Source of the DNA: Candidatus Moranbacteria bacterium GW2011_GWC2_40_12
GTDB taxonomy: Bacteria; Patescibacteriota; Minisyncoccia; Moranbacterales; UBA11712
Assembly (NCBI GenBank): GCA_000995965.1
Contig: LBYD01000001.1
Span: 362,848-426,847 of the forward strand
Direction of reading: 5' to 3'
DNA length: 64,000 nt
This document shows, one piece after another, positions 29,896-39,958 of the stretch; positions within the stretch are counted from its first letter, which is position 1, and each line of letters starts with the position of its first letter. The translations under genes and the position numbers were made by a program. A model generated the notes under the pieces. It had not been told where the DNA came from, ran no database searches, and saw nothing but the letters and a program-made list of their open reading frames with translations.

Positions 29896-30468
29896 CTAGG
29901 CTTTTTGGCAAGAATATTCATAAATATATAATTCTTTTTTTTCTTTCAAACTAATGGACTTTGAGGGAACTGCATTGGGCAACTTAAAGCATAAGGAAAG
30001 TACCCGCGTATTTTTTTTGATTTCATTCCCAAATTTTTTTTCAAGACTTTCCATTTGTTTCGTGGAAAGATATAAAAAGACATGAGTCGCATCCGACAGA
30101 TCCGCCTCGAAAAAATCTTTTCTATAAACTTTTATTTCTTTCAGGAGTCCCATGCGCCACAATCGAAATTTTGCCCATAAATACGGAACAATGTCTTTTT
30201 CATACCCGATATAGCGGGCTTTGGGCTGGCAACGATAGCAAGCGACAAGGATTCTTGCGTCTCCGCACCCCAGGTCATAAAGAATGGATTTTTCATCAAG
30301 ACTCATGCGTTTGGCAATTTCCGGCAGATGCGCTGATTTTGTAGGGACAAAGGGTGCCTCTCCATGGAGAAAAGTTTCCACAAGCCCTCCTGTGAAAGAG
30401 TACAAAAAAACTACCCAGATTGCAATGAATAGAAGAATAGCCCCAAAAATAACATAAAATGTAATCAT
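29896..30468 (-). CDS. class I SAM-dependent methyltransferase
   Basis: ILYDLGCGDARILVA is SAM-binding motif I. The ORF is 190 aa. Confidence 0.65.
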   Translation of the reverse strand: MITFYVIFGAILLFIAIWVVFLYSFTGGLVETFLHGEAPFVPTKSAHLPEIAKRMSLDEKSILYDLGCGDARILVACYRCQPKARYIGYEKDIVPYLWAKFRLWRMGLLKEIKVYRKDFFEADLSDATHVFLYLSTKQMESLEKKFGNEIKKNTRVLSLCFKLPNAVPSKSISLKEKKELYIYEYSCQKA

Positions 30469-30470
30469 TT

Positions 30471-30541
30471 TCGGGGCGCCGGGAATCGAACCCGGCCTAC
30501 AAGACCCCCAGCCTTGCGTACTACCAATATACTACGCCCCG
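30471..30541 (-). tRNA. tRNA-Pro (anticodon GGG)
   Basis: Reverse complement: CGGGGCG-TA-GTAT-ATTGGTA-GTAC-G-CAAGG-CTGGGGG-TCTTG-TAGG-CCGGG-TTCGATT-CCCGG-CGCCCCG-A. It has a full cloverleaf, canonical T-loop, U33 and a 7-nt anticodon loop. Confidence 0.8.
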
Positions 30542-30616
30542 CCAATTCGTAGCGGTTTAACCCTACGATTGCGGCATTGCAGACTTCGGACGTCTGCAAA
30601 GTCTACGAAACACAAT

Positions 30617-30795
30617 TAGTCCTGCTTTTGCTTCTCAAGTTCTCCAACCTGATCGCTAAAACGTTCGATATCTCTCGACAACTCAACCAACTGGTCACTA
30701 AGCTTTTCAGTTGTGACCGCATGATCTTTTATGTAGCCGCCAAGAACTTCTGCTTTTTTTGCCAAATCACGCGCCATATCTTTGTATGAAGCCAT
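30617..30795 (-). CDS. small hypothetical coiled-coil protein (59 aa)
   Basis: MASYKDMARDLAKKAEVLGGYIKDHAVTTEKLSDQLVELSRDIERFSDQVGELEKQKQD. It is not in the ORF track (<60 aa). Confidence 0.3.
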
Positions 30796-30889
30796 ATTTT
30801 TCGCTTAATAATTATTTATTTCCCTATCCAACTTATCACAAAAAAAACAGAAGGGGAAGACGCGCTGGCCTTCCCCTCTTTCTCAAAAC

Positions 30890-31348
30890 TCACGTTGGCA
30901 GATTGCTGCCATTGATGACGATTCTTTTTGGCAATACCGGACCGAATATGCCTCCGCTTTCTTTCGCGATGCCTGGCGGTTTTCGGTCGATGAACTTTCT
31001 TCCTTTCCTTTGCTCGCAGCTTTCTTGCAAGGTACAATTGATGATTTGGCAAAATTCTTTGCCTTGAATGTTTTCGCCTCGATCTGTTTGTTTTTTTACA
31101 AACGTTTGAAGAACAAAAGCGATGGACAGATCTTTTTTGTTGCTTACGATCTGGGCTATGATGGCATTGACCGTATCAATCCCCCGAAGAACCAGAATCG
31201 CTTCGGTCAGTTCACGAATTATCCGGCATCCCTCGAAAGCCGCCATCCCGCAATAAAAATATTTATTGTCTTCCACTTTTTCCTCCCTTGTTTTCACGAT
31301 GTGAAAAATAAAAAACCGGCTTTGTTGCCGGGCCAGTTTCGATTTCAA
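30890..31348 (-). CDS. hypothetical protein
   Basis: 152-aa ORF. The start may be internal (MAAFEGCRII...). Confidence 0.3.
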   Translation of the reverse strand: MKSKLARQQSRFFIFHIVKTREEKVEDNKYFYCGMAAFEGCRIIRELTEAILVLRGIDTVNAIIAQIVSNKKDLSIAFVLQTFVKKQTDRGENIQGKEFCQIINCTLQESCEQRKGRKFIDRKPPGIAKESGGIFGPVLPKRIVINGSNLPT

Positions 31349-31528
31349 GTTCTTGGTCTCTTAAAACGAAAACTCACCGGGCAACTGCGGCCGGATAATA
31401 ATGCTAATAATAATTTGAGGAAAAGTTCTTCGGTTCATTATTTTATATTATTGTTGATTATAAAAAATTTGTCAATTTTGAGGTTGCGGGGCGGACGCGA
31501 TGGCGTCCGGCCCCGAATTTATTTGAGG

Positions 31529-31894
31529 TTAGCGCGGGTTCTGCTGAAAAACATTCTTTTCTGAACCGGGTGGCTGTTTTCCGATTACTGTGCTATCGGG
31601 AAACAGCTCTTTGTCGTAAAAAAGACGGGCATCAGCGGAAAGGGTTTCCATTGCCTGAAGAACATCTCCTCCAAAATGAGCGATCTTGCAGGCAAAGCGC
31701 CAGGGACTCGGCACACCAGGTGGAACCATTTTAATCTGATTCAGCCCAAGGCCGCTCATGAGACCCTTGACAGTCTCAATAGAATAGTCGCTTCCCTTTG
31801 GCAGATGAAGGGCGCTTCCCATGCCCCTCTTGCCAGTAACCTGCCGAAAGACCACTTCGGCTTTTTCCGCCTGATCTGAACACGCAACATCCAT
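31529..31894 (-). CDS. hypothetical protein
   Basis: 121 aa. A strong SD (AGGAGG) lies 9 nt upstream of the ATG. Confidence 0.5.
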   Translation of the reverse strand: MDVACSDQAEKAEVVFRQVTGKRGMGSALHLPKGSDYSIETVKGLMSGLGLNQIKMVPPGVPSPWRFACKIAHFGGDVLQAMETLSADARLFYDKELFPDSTVIGKQPPGSEKNVFQQNPR

Positions 31895-32124
31895 AAAGAA
31901 CTACCTCCTTGAAAATAAAATCCCGCTTCGGATCGATTCCTCGGCGGGTGAAATATTCTAGAGAAGTGTTGTGGTTTGAAGTTTAGAATACTTTACTCAA
32001 CGAGAAATCACAGCTGCCGATAAACAGCGCCTTCTTCCAAATCTTCACAATATATTTCTTCGTTGAATTGTTTTTCATCTTGCACTAATTTTACTTGATG
32101 ATAAATATGCTGTCAATACGCTTC

Positions 32125-32170
32125 AAAAAAAAAAGGGGGCAAGAGCGATGAAAGTCGTCTTGTCCCCCAG
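32125..32170 (-). terminator. strong intrinsic terminator
   Basis: On the minus strand, gggggacaagacgactttcatcgctcttgccccc is followed by T10. Confidence 0.75.
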
Positions 32171-32381
32171 CAATATCATGGAGATCCGGTCAGCCGTCAG
32201 AAAATTATTAGCTGGACGAGCCATGCTTTTTCTGTTCGTTATTCGGACATTTTTCCGGCACCACCCCTGTTTGGGACCGGCATCCGAGCCCGAGAGCCGC
32301 ATTGTTCTTGCATCCGCAGCATTGCGGATGCGGATTTTTGGCTGTATCAGCCATAGAACGCCTCCTTTGCGCCGTTGCGCA

Positions 32382-32705
32382 TCAAAAAATTTTCGTTATT
32401 GCCAACTCGCTGACCTCGCAGGAATCCAGTCTGTTATTGCATTGGCAAACAAATCTTTGAGATGTTTTCCAGTAGGTCTCGTATGAAGCTGGAAGACATC
32501 GAAAGCCACATGCCATGCAATAAAATAGTATCTCTGTTTCTTGAATTCTCTCCACGATTCCCTTGGCAATGCAACGTGGACAATGCTTTTTTACTCCGAC
32601 TTCATAGCCGCCACATTTGCCGCATTTTTTGGATTCCGGAAAAATTTTTTTGAAATGAACTAGCCGTTCTTTTTCGTGTCCTAATCCCGCTGGATTTTCA
32701 GGCAT
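32382..32705 (-). CDS. small zinc-ribbon protein (multiple CxxC)
   Basis: 107 aa with CGKC, CPRC and CMAC motifs. A GGGAGGAG SD lies upstream and a terminator downstream. Confidence 0.5.
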   Translation of the reverse strand: MPENPAGLGHEKERLVHFKKIFPESKKCGKCGGYEVGVKKHCPRCIAKGIVERIQETEILFYCMACGFRCLPASYETYWKTSQRFVCQCNNRLDSCEVSELAITKIF

Positions 32706-32736
32706 GACTCTTTCTCCTCCCTAAAATAAAAAATCG

Positions 32737-32768
32737 GCGCTTCATGTTTTGCGCCGGGCGGAGGATTC
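32737..32768 (-). terminator. intrinsic terminator downstream of the ROK kinase gene
   Basis: On the minus strand, cggcgcaaaacatgaagcgccg hairpin followed by attttttatttt. Confidence 0.6.
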
Positions 32769-32943
32769 TATGTGTTTTATCGAAATTTCTAGTTGATGAT
32801 CTTATAAAACACTCTGCCCAACGAAAAACGCACTACGACGAGTAGCAGCATAAGCGCGAGCAAAGTCTGGAAAGAATTTTTCGCGATGGCAGATTGCATA
32901 CCTTGATAATCTATAAAATATTCCCGAATCAGTCAAGAGAAAG

Positions 32944-33882
32944 TTATCCACAGGACAATTCGAAAACCATGGACGATGCGCCCAAAAGCGGGGTGTTTTC
33001 TCCGAGTGAAGAAATTTTTATTTTTGGCAACTTCAAGAATTTATCGATATTTTTTTTAGCATATTTAAGCAATAAATCACCATTGTTGAGCGCCACTGCG
33101 CCGCCTAAAACAACGATCTCCGGGTCATAAGCCGCAATGACATTCGAGAGTCCCCGCCCGTTTATTCTCCCCAACTCTTCCATGAATTTCAGGGCGATTT
33201 TATCTTTCTTCCGTGCTGCATCGAAGATATCCTTCGCCCCACTTGGAAACTTAGTTTCCAAGTCATTAAAAATTCTGAAGAATTTCGGGATATTGTTCCC
33301 GGAAGCATAAGCTTCCCAATGTCCCCGGCCCTTCCCGCAAGTGCAGGCCACATTATATTTCGTATCAACCGCCATATGCCCGACTTCCGCCGCGTTACCG
33401 TCCTTCCCTGTCAAAAGGTTATTATTTACAACCGCGCCACCTCCAATTCCAGAAGATATGGTAATATAAACCAAGTTATTGTATTTTTTTTCCGCTCCGA
33501 AATATTTTTCTCCCAGCACCCCCGCGTTGCAATCATTTATCAGATGAACCGGTAATTTGAATTCTTTTTTCAGTGGCGCAACAATTGGCACGAACTTAAA
33601 ATTCATATTCGGCGGATTGACGCTCCTGCCTTTTTTCAAATCTATTGGGCCTGCTATACTCACTCCAATTCCCTTCATATACTCCCAAAGCTTTGCTTTG
33701 GGAGCTATATTTTTTATTTCTCTAATGACCTGTTCCGCGACAACATTTCCACTTTTTCCTTTACGGACCGTTTTCACAACATTTTTTACAATTATTTTCC
33801 CTTTATCATCGACAATTGCCACTCTTAGATTCGTCCCGCCGACATCCACCGCAAATGCCAAATTTTTTGCTTTTTTTGCCAT
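32944..33882 (-). CDS. ROK family sugar kinase (glucokinase-like)
   Basis: DVGGTNLRVA, LINDCNAG, AEVGHM, and the CTCGKGRGHWE zinc motif. Confidence 0.8.
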   Translation of the reverse strand: MAKKAKNLAFAVDVGGTNLRVAIVDDKGKIIVKNVVKTVRKGKSGNVVAEQVIREIKNIAPKAKLWEYMKGIGVSIAGPIDLKKGRSVNPPNMNFKFVPIVAPLKKEFKLPVHLINDCNAGVLGEKYFGAEKKYNNLVYITISSGIGGGAVVNNNLLTGKDGNAAEVGHMAVDTKYNVACTCGKGRGHWEAYASGNNIPKFFRIFNDLETKFPSGAKDIFDAARKKDKIALKFMEELGRINGRGLSNVIAAYDPEIVVLGGAVALNNGDLLLKYAKKNIDKFLKLPKIKISSLGENTPLLGASSMVFELSCG

Positions 33883-33998
33883 AGATTTGAATTAATCGCT
33901 CTGCAAACATTCTAGCACAAAAAGAAAAGTCCTCCCAAGTCTTGTAGATGTCGGGAGGGCTTCGTGAATTTTTTGATGCGCGTTGGCGCCAGAAGAAA

Positions 33999-34568
33999 CT
34001 ATTGACCAGCCGATTGCCAAAGAAAGCTATCCGGCTTGGGCTCGGCTGCCTTCTTCCTAAAGCCATCACATCTGACAATCGCCCGCCGGATTTTTGTCAC
34101 TATCCACTTTACTCTCGGCCGCAACCTTCCATCGGCATCGGTTGCATGGGCGCTCGTTTTGATCAGATTGATGCACTTCTTCAGGTGGGGAGCAGCCTTT
34201 GAATCTTGAATTTCCGCGATCCTGTCTATCAGGGGCGACAAAACCGAGAAATCGAAACGCCCATACACTTCAGGCCACTGAAGCATCCGGGCAAGCTGCT
34301 CAATGCGCCAATCCGGTATACCCTGGACAGCTACCGTTAGGGGAAAATAGCCGGCTGACCCATTGCTGAGGTCTTTGGGAATCTTTCCCTGCTGGCAATA
34401 CTCCTCGAGAAGGCTGAAATATACCAGCGGCGCTTCTGCCACGAGGGGCAAAAGTTTCTCATGGGCCAGCTCGTAATTTCGGTTGAAAAGCTGTTTCTCC
34501 TCGATCTCGGATGGCGGATTTAATATTTCTCTAATCAGCCCATCCATTTCTTCTCTAGCTGAAGCCAT
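33999..34568 (-). CDS. hypothetical protein
   Basis: 189 aa. An AAGGAGG SD lies 8 nt upstream of the ATG. Confidence 0.5.
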   Translation of the reverse strand: MASAREEMDGLIREILNPPSEIEEKQLFNRNYELAHEKLLPLVAEAPLVYFSLLEEYCQQGKIPKDLSNGSAGYFPLTVAVQGIPDWRIEQLARMLQWPEVYGRFDFSVLSPLIDRIAEIQDSKAAPHLKKCINLIKTSAHATDADGRLRPRVKWIVTKIRRAIVRCDGFRKKAAEPKPDSFLWQSAGQ

Positions 34569-34883
34569 TGACCTGCCTCCTTTTTGGGGAATAACTAAAA
34601 AACCGGCTCATTGTCCGATTTTGGTTTGCTTATAATTTTTGGAAGAATTTATTTTTTCGCTAAAATTCTACTCAAACCAAAACCGGCCTGGCGTGTAAAC
34701 CAGAAAAAATAATAGGAAAATTGGTTTTGGTTCGAGGATATGTTCATTTGAGTATTTTGATTGTAGCATGCCAAAAAAAATCGTCAAGCCTTTTATTGAA
34801 TTCCCCAGCCGCAGCAAGCTGCGGGGTATTATTAGTTCGTAATAAAAATTCGGGGCCGGTCCGTTTTGGACTGGCCCCGGGCT

Positions 34884-35093
34884 TTAGCCGACGGCAATTT
34901 CGCACCTTGCATCGCACTCCTCCGAACAGGGCCTCAAGCCGCGCCTCAAGATCATTTCAGCCGTCATCGGCTTGACCTTCAATTCCCAGCCATCCAATAA
35001 AATCAGGCAGCATTTCTCCGGCCGTCCGGAAACAGGGAAAAATCTGTTTCCCAAAATAACAAACTTACCGCCGACACCCTCCTTATTGCCCAT
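34884..35093 (-). CDS. small Cys-containing hypothetical protein
   Basis: 69 aa. An AGGAGG SD lies 9 nt upstream of the ATG. Confidence 0.35.
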   Translation of the reverse strand: MGNKEGVGGKFVILGNRFFPVSGRPEKCCLILLDGWELKVKPMTAEMILRRGLRPCSEECDARCEIAVG

Positions 35094-35474
35094 CCGTTTT
35101 CCCTCCTCTTCAACAAAATAGTTTAAAAAAACCGATTCTTTGATCGGTCCGGGTTTAGAGAAAATTTATGTGAAGTTATTTTATGCTGCTGAAATTTTCG
35201 ATAAACCAAAACCGGCCAAAAAGTTTGTCTTCTTGGCATCCTTCTTCATGTTTTGGTTTTTTATCCCGCAGCGAACTGGTGCGGGGCGGATTATCGATCC
35301 GTTCATTGGCTCAATTATAAACATTTTATATTTTGCGTCAACTGTTTCCCCATTTCAGATAATCCTACGAGTTGAATATGCTTGGAATGTAAGATGTTCT
35401 GAAATGCGACGGGGCAAAAACTTTGAAGCCATTGGCTTCTCAAATTTTTGTCGAGGGCCCCGTCAAGCCTCGCT

Positions 35475-35900
35475 CTACTTAGCGGCCAGATCGGCCAGCA
35501 ACTCTTCCTCGATTTCCTGAGCGCCTTGCATCGCCGTCTGAAGCGGAATATTGACCGGAAGACCTCCCGGGAAGCGGGAACGAGTCGGCTGATTCTTGTA
35601 TTTCCCAATATCGCGATAAACTTCCATGAGCCGCGTCAGGGTTCCCAGCTTGGCTCCTCTTTTTTGGAGATTACCCGCGGCTCTCCACGTTTCCCTGCCG
35701 GGATTCACGAATTTTTTCTCACCTTGGATAATGCAACCTCTTCTCACCGCTTCCAGAAGCTCCACTGCCGTCATCTCATCGTGAGATGGAGCTCTTCTTT
35801 CGGGTTTGGGCAAATCAACCATATCTGCGCTTCCTCCTTGCCTTTTTATTTGTATCGGCATACTAGGATACCTTTCAATTTTTTTCAAGTATATTTGCAT
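35475..35900 (-). CDS. hypothetical protein
   Basis: 141-aa basic ORF. The start is uncertain. Confidence 0.4.
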   Translation of the reverse strand: MQIYLKKIERYPSMPIQIKRQGGSADMVDLPKPERRAPSHDEMTAVELLEAVRRGCIIQGEKKFVNPGRETWRAAGNLQKRGAKLGTLTRLMEVYRDIGKYKNQPTRSRFPGGLPVNIPLQTAMQGAQEIEEELLADLAAK

Positions 35901-35924
35901 ATTATGTATTTTTGCTGATAATAT

Positions 35925-37043
35925 TTGTATATGGAAAAAACCCGATTAATTTTCGCCTCAACGAAAGACTCCGATATGCAATACGCGGTGAAAACGCCGA
36001 TCACCAGCTCTTTTTTCTATTTAGAGACCAAGGAGAAAAGATATGCCTTGCTTGATAAAGTTGATTTTGGAATTATCCCCAAAAAGGCAAAAATAATCTC
36101 CGTTCCGCTCAATCCTCTTTCCGTGGAAGCGAAAAAATTACGGTATAAGACTAGCGACCGCAACAAACTCGCCTATTATATCTTCAAAAAATACGGATTA
36201 ATGGGAAAAAGAGTCGAAGTTCCCATCCACTTTCCGCTCGATATGGCTGATTTTCTGCGTAAGAATGGCGCGAAACTCACCCCCACTTTTCCTTTTTTTC
36301 CGCAAAGAGCCATGAAAACGAAAGAAGAAATTGAATATATCAAAGAAAGCCTCGCCCACACAAAATTGGCTTTTCGGATCATTGAAAATATCCTCCGCCG
36401 ATCAAAGATAAGAAAAAATAGAATTTATTATCAGAATAAAATCCTAACCAGCGAATTTTTGAAACAGGAAGCCGAAAAAGCTTTGATTGAAAAAGGGATG
36501 TTCGATCTTTTGGGGATGATCATTTCCACCGGCGCGCAAACCGCCATTCCCCACCACAGCGGATCCGGACCGATCCGGCCGCATCAGCCGATTGTTTGCG
36601 ATATTTTTCCACGCCATAGAAATTCCGGTTATTTTTCCGATATGACCCGGACTTATGTCAAAGGAAAACCCTCGGCCGAAATCCAAAAAATGTATGAGGC
36701 AGTTTTGCGCGCGCAAAATGCGGCGATAAAAAAAATCCGCTCCGGAGTGAGTGCGAAAGAAATTTATGATATTTCGGCAAATGTTATTTTAAAAAACGGA
36801 TATCATATTGGCGACTCTGGATTTATTCACGGCCTCGGCCATGGAGTCGGACTCGACATTCACGAAAAACCAAGTCTTAAGCCCCATTCCGAAGATATAT
36901 TGGAAGCAGGGAACGTCATCACGATCGAGCCGGGATTATATTATTCAGGCATCGGGGGTATCAGACTCGAAGACATGGTCCTTGTCACCAAAACCAGTTG
37001 CCAGAATCTGACAAATTTTCCAAAAAGATTGGTTATCCCTTAA
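35925..37043 (+). CDS. M24 family Xaa-Pro aminopeptidase/dipeptidase
   Basis: HGLGHGVGLDIHE, GNVITIEPGLY and GGIRLEDMVLVT metal-ligand motifs. Confidence 0.85.
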   Translation: MYMEKTRLIFASTKDSDMQYAVKTPITSSFFYLETKEKRYALLDKVDFGIIPKKAKIISVPLNPLSVEAKKLRYKTSDRNKLAYYIFKKYGLMGKRVEVPIHFPLDMADFLRKNGAKLTPTFPFFPQRAMKTKEEIEYIKESLAHTKLAFRIIENILRRSKIRKNRIYYQNKILTSEFLKQEAEKALIEKGMFDLLGMIISTGAQTAIPHHSGSGPIRPHQPIVCDIFPRHRNSGYFSDMTRTYVKGKPSAEIQKMYEAVLRAQNAAIKKIRSGVSAKEIYDISANVILKNGYHIGDSGFIHGLGHGVGLDIHEKPSLKPHSEDILEAGNVITIEPGLYYSGIGGIRLEDMVLVTKTSCQNLTNFPKRLVIP

Positions 37044-37190
37044 AATAAATTCACTACCATATGGAGCAATATCACTCTCGACATCGGATGTTGGGAGTTT
37101 TTATATTTTTACCACGAATTTTTACTCCGAAAGAAAAAGCCGGATCCCCCAGTCCGGCTCAACAAATCAAACGATTTCACCAACTTTTTT

Positions 37191-37481
37191 TTAGCTATGC
37201 GATGGCAATGAGAACTCTCTCATATAGCCGAAATAATCCGTTGCCGCTCCGAGGAGTTCTTCTGAGGAAATCGTTGGGTTTTCAGTTCGGATGACTTTCA
37301 GGATCTTATCCTCTGGAGCATCGAGGAGACAACTCCTGCAGACTGGAACAAAAAATTGGATTTCACCCCTGATCACACCCTTTTCGGAAGAAGAAATTTT
37401 TCCACACACTCGGCAAAAGAATCTGATATGGCGAGCAAGGAAACAACTCTTTCGGCTCGATAAGAACAATAATTCTCCCAC
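37191..37481 (-). CDS. small CxxC...CxxC zinc-finger protein
   Basis: 96 aa with CRVCGK and CRSCLL motifs. Confidence 0.4.
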   Translation of the reverse strand: MGELLFLSSRKSCFLARHIRFFCRVCGKISSSEKGVIRGEIQFFVPVCRSCLLDAPEDKILKVIRTENPTISSEELLGAATDYFGYMREFSLPSHS

Positions 37482-37629
37482 GGCAACCCCCTTTCATTGA
37501 AGGTTAGGACTATATATTAATCTATTAACATATAGCTAGAAAGTCAAGTTTCTCACATAAAAAATTTCAAATATCTTTCATTTTAGAAATCTGGTTTATC
37601 AAAAAATTTTTGAATGTATTAAAAGTTGT

Positions 37630-39300
37630 TTAAAACAACCCCTTTATCCTCCCTTTTCCGTCCACATCAATCCTTTCCGCCGCGGGGAACTTGGGAAGAC
37701 CCGGCATAGTCATGATATCGCCGGCGATGGCGACGATGAAGCCGGCGCCGTTGGAAATTTTCATTTCCCTCACATTCAAAGTGAAATTTTCCGGCCGTCC
37801 CAGTTTTTTGGGGTCATCGGAAAGAGAATATTGCGTTTTGGCGATGCAAATCGGAATTTTCTCGAGATTTTCACGCTCAATCATTTTTATTTGCTTTTTG
37901 GCCTCTTGGGAATATACTATTTTATTTGCGCCGTATATTTCCTTCGCGATGATATTTATCTTATCATCAATAGATTTTTTTTCGCTATATAGCGGAGCAA
38001 ATTTGCTTTTTTCGCTTTTTATCGTTTCCAGTACTTTTTTTGCCAATTCTTTTCCTCCTTTTCCGCCTTTTCCCCAAACTTCGGAGCGGGCAATTCTTGC
38101 TCCCATATTCTTAACGGTATTTTCTATAAGTTTAATCTCTTTCTCGGTGTCACTTGGAAAGATATTGAGCGCCACAACCTCTGGAACACCGAATTTTTTC
38201 AAGTTTTCGAGATGTTTTTCAAGGTTCACAATGCCTTTCGAAAGCGCGTCAATATTTTCTTGAGTTAGATTATTTTTATCAATCCCGCCGTTATATTTGA
38301 GCGACCGCACCGTCGCTACAACCACCACCGCGTCGGGCTTCAGTTTCGCGAGCCGGCATTTGATGTCGAAAAATTTTTCCGCGCCAAGGTCGGCTCCAAA
38401 CCCGGCTTCAGTAATGGCATAATCCCCGAGTTTCAACGCGTATCGCGTTGCAAGCAGGCTGTTGCAGCCGTGGGCTATATTCGCAAAGGGTCCGCCATGG
38501 ATTAGAGCCGGCGTATGCTCAAGAGTCTGAACTAAATTGGGCATGAGGGCGTCTTTGAGGAGCGCCGCCATGGCGCCTTCGGCTTTCAACTCGCGGGCAA
38601 ATACCGGTTTCCCCGCCGCGTTGAGGCCGACGATAATTTTTCCAAGCCTTTTTTTGAGGTCCGCAATATTCTCCGCAAGGCACAAAATCGCCATGATTTC
38701 AGAGGCAACTGCGATATCGAATTTCTCTTCGCGCGAATACGCGCCAGATTTTTTTTTGATTTTCAAAGTTATCTGTCGAAGCGCCCGGTCATTGAGATCA
38801 AGACAGCGCTTCCAAAATATTTTTTTTGGGTCGATTCTCAGTTCGTTTCCAAAATATATGTGGTTGTCGATAAGCGACGCCAAAAGATTGTTCGCCGCCG
38901 CAACCGCGTGGATGTCGCCCGTGAAATGGAGATTGATATCCTCCATCGGCATCACCTGCGCATATCCTCCGCCCGCCGCGCCGCCTTTCATCCCCATTGA
39001 AGGCCCGAGAGACGGTTCGCGAAGTGCTAAAACGGCTTTTTTTCCCATTTTATTCAAAGCTTGCGCGAGACCAATTGAAGTTGTCGTTTTTCCTTCGCCG
39101 GCGGGCGTGGGAGTGATCGCCGTCACCAAAATCAGCTTCCCGTTCGGTCTTTTTTTGATTTTTTCCCAAAGCTCCGGTTTCAGTTTGGCTTTGGAATCTC
39201 CGTACAATTCTAAATCTCGTTCGGTTATGCCGATTTTTTTCGCGATTTCCCGGATCGGTTTCATTTTGGATTTTTGAGCGATTTGGATGTCAGGCAACAT
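37630..39300 (-). CDS. fhs: formate--tetrahydrofolate ligase
   Basis: 556 aa. ...[16 protein letters not shown]... is the FTHFS signature. Confidence 0.9.
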   Translation of the reverse strand: MLPDIQIAQKSKMKPIREIAKKIGITERDLELYGDSKAKLKPELWEKIKKRPNGKLILVTAITPTPAGEGKTTTSIGLAQALNKMGKKAVLALREPSLGPSMGMKGGAAGGGYAQVMPMEDINLHFTGDIHAVAAANNLLASLIDNHIYFGNELRIDPKKIFWKRCLDLNDRALRQITLKIKKKSGAYSREEKFDIAVASEIMAILCLAENIADLKKRLGKIIVGLNAAGKPVFARELKAEGAMAALLKDALMPNLVQTLEHTPALIHGGPFANIAHGCNSLLATRYALKLGDYAITEAGFGADLGAEKFFDIKCRLAKLKPDAVVVVATVRSLKYNGGIDKNNLTQENIDALSKGIVNLEKHLENLKKFGVPEVVALNIFPSDTEKEIKLIENTVKNMGARIARSEVWGKGGKGGKELAKKVLETIKSEKSKFAPLYSEKKSIDDKINIIAKEIYGANKIVYSQEAKKQIKMIERENLEKIPICIAKTQYSLSDDPKKLGRPENFTLNVREMKISNGAGFIVAIAGDIMTMPGLPKFPAAERIDVDGKGRIKGLF

Positions 39301-39357
39301 AATACTCCTCGCGTAGAGGTTTAACCTCTACGATTAATTCTCTGCCAAGTTCATAAA

Positions 39358-39858
39358 TCAATTCATCACTTTGTATTTCACCACCACCGAATTTTCGTTT
39401 ATTTTTTCCACACCCAAAAGTTTCAAGTCGATGTTGAAATCGCCGCTGAAAACTCCGAGGCCATCGCCGAAAATTTTGGGTTCGATCGTGAGCCAGATTT
39501 CGTCAATGAGCTTTCGTTCGAGAAATTGGGAATTCATGTATGTCCCCCCGCCCAGAACCGCGGATTTGTATCCCATTTTTTTGAGCTCCAGAAGGACTTT
39601 CTCCGGCTCCCCCGTCACCCATTTCACGTTTTCCGTTTCTGGAGGATTCTCAAGAAGAGTGAAAACGACATTCAGCCGGTCCGACAGAGGCTTTGGAAAA
39701 GTGAAGAAAGTTTTGTCGCCCATGATCACGGCGCCGTGTTCTTTTGTCACTTCTGCGAACATTTTTTTGTCTTCCTTCGACGTCCAATTAGGAAAATGAT
39801 CGCTGTTCTTGGCGATCTTTCCGTCAGCAGTCATGGCCATCATCAATATTATTTTCAT
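39358..39858 (-). CDS. folA: dihydrofolate reductase family protein
   Basis: Start MKIILMMAMTADGKIAK.... It is adjacent to thyA. A RibD-C-like DHFR fold is inferred. Confidence 0.6.
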   Translation of the reverse strand: MKIILMMAMTADGKIAKNSDHFPNWTSKEDKKMFAEVTKEHGAVIMGDKTFFTFPKPLSDRLNVVFTLLENPPETENVKWVTGEPEKVLLELKKMGYKSAVLGGGTYMNSQFLERKLIDEIWLTIEPKIFGDGLGVFSGDFNIDLKLLGVEKINENSVVVKYKVMN

Positions 39859-39958
39859 AAAAAAACTCGCTAATTTGAACAAATGATTTGCGAATTTGAG
39901 CTGATATCTTAACAGTTCGCTCTGATTAGCCTTTTATTCGCTCCTCATTCGCGAGTAA

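Noticed and set aside
32148-32486. 112-aa plus-strand ORF
   Set aside because: It overlaps the minus-strand zinc-ribbon gene, which has an SD and a terminator. It has no RBS and odd composition.
33806-34078. 90-aa minus-strand ORF overlapping the glk start and the next gene's end
   Set aside because: It is an Arg/Ser-rich out-of-frame overlap with two better-supported genes.
34570-35470. Looked for RNase P, tmRNA and SRP RNA signatures in the 900-bp gene-poor stretch
   Set aside because: No GGAAAGUCCGGGC/ACAGAACCCGGCUUA (RNase P P4), tRNA-like CCA end (tmRNA) or GGAAGGAAGCAGC (SRP domain IV) motifs were found. One small SD-preceded ORF (34884..35093) explains part of it. The region is left as unassigned.
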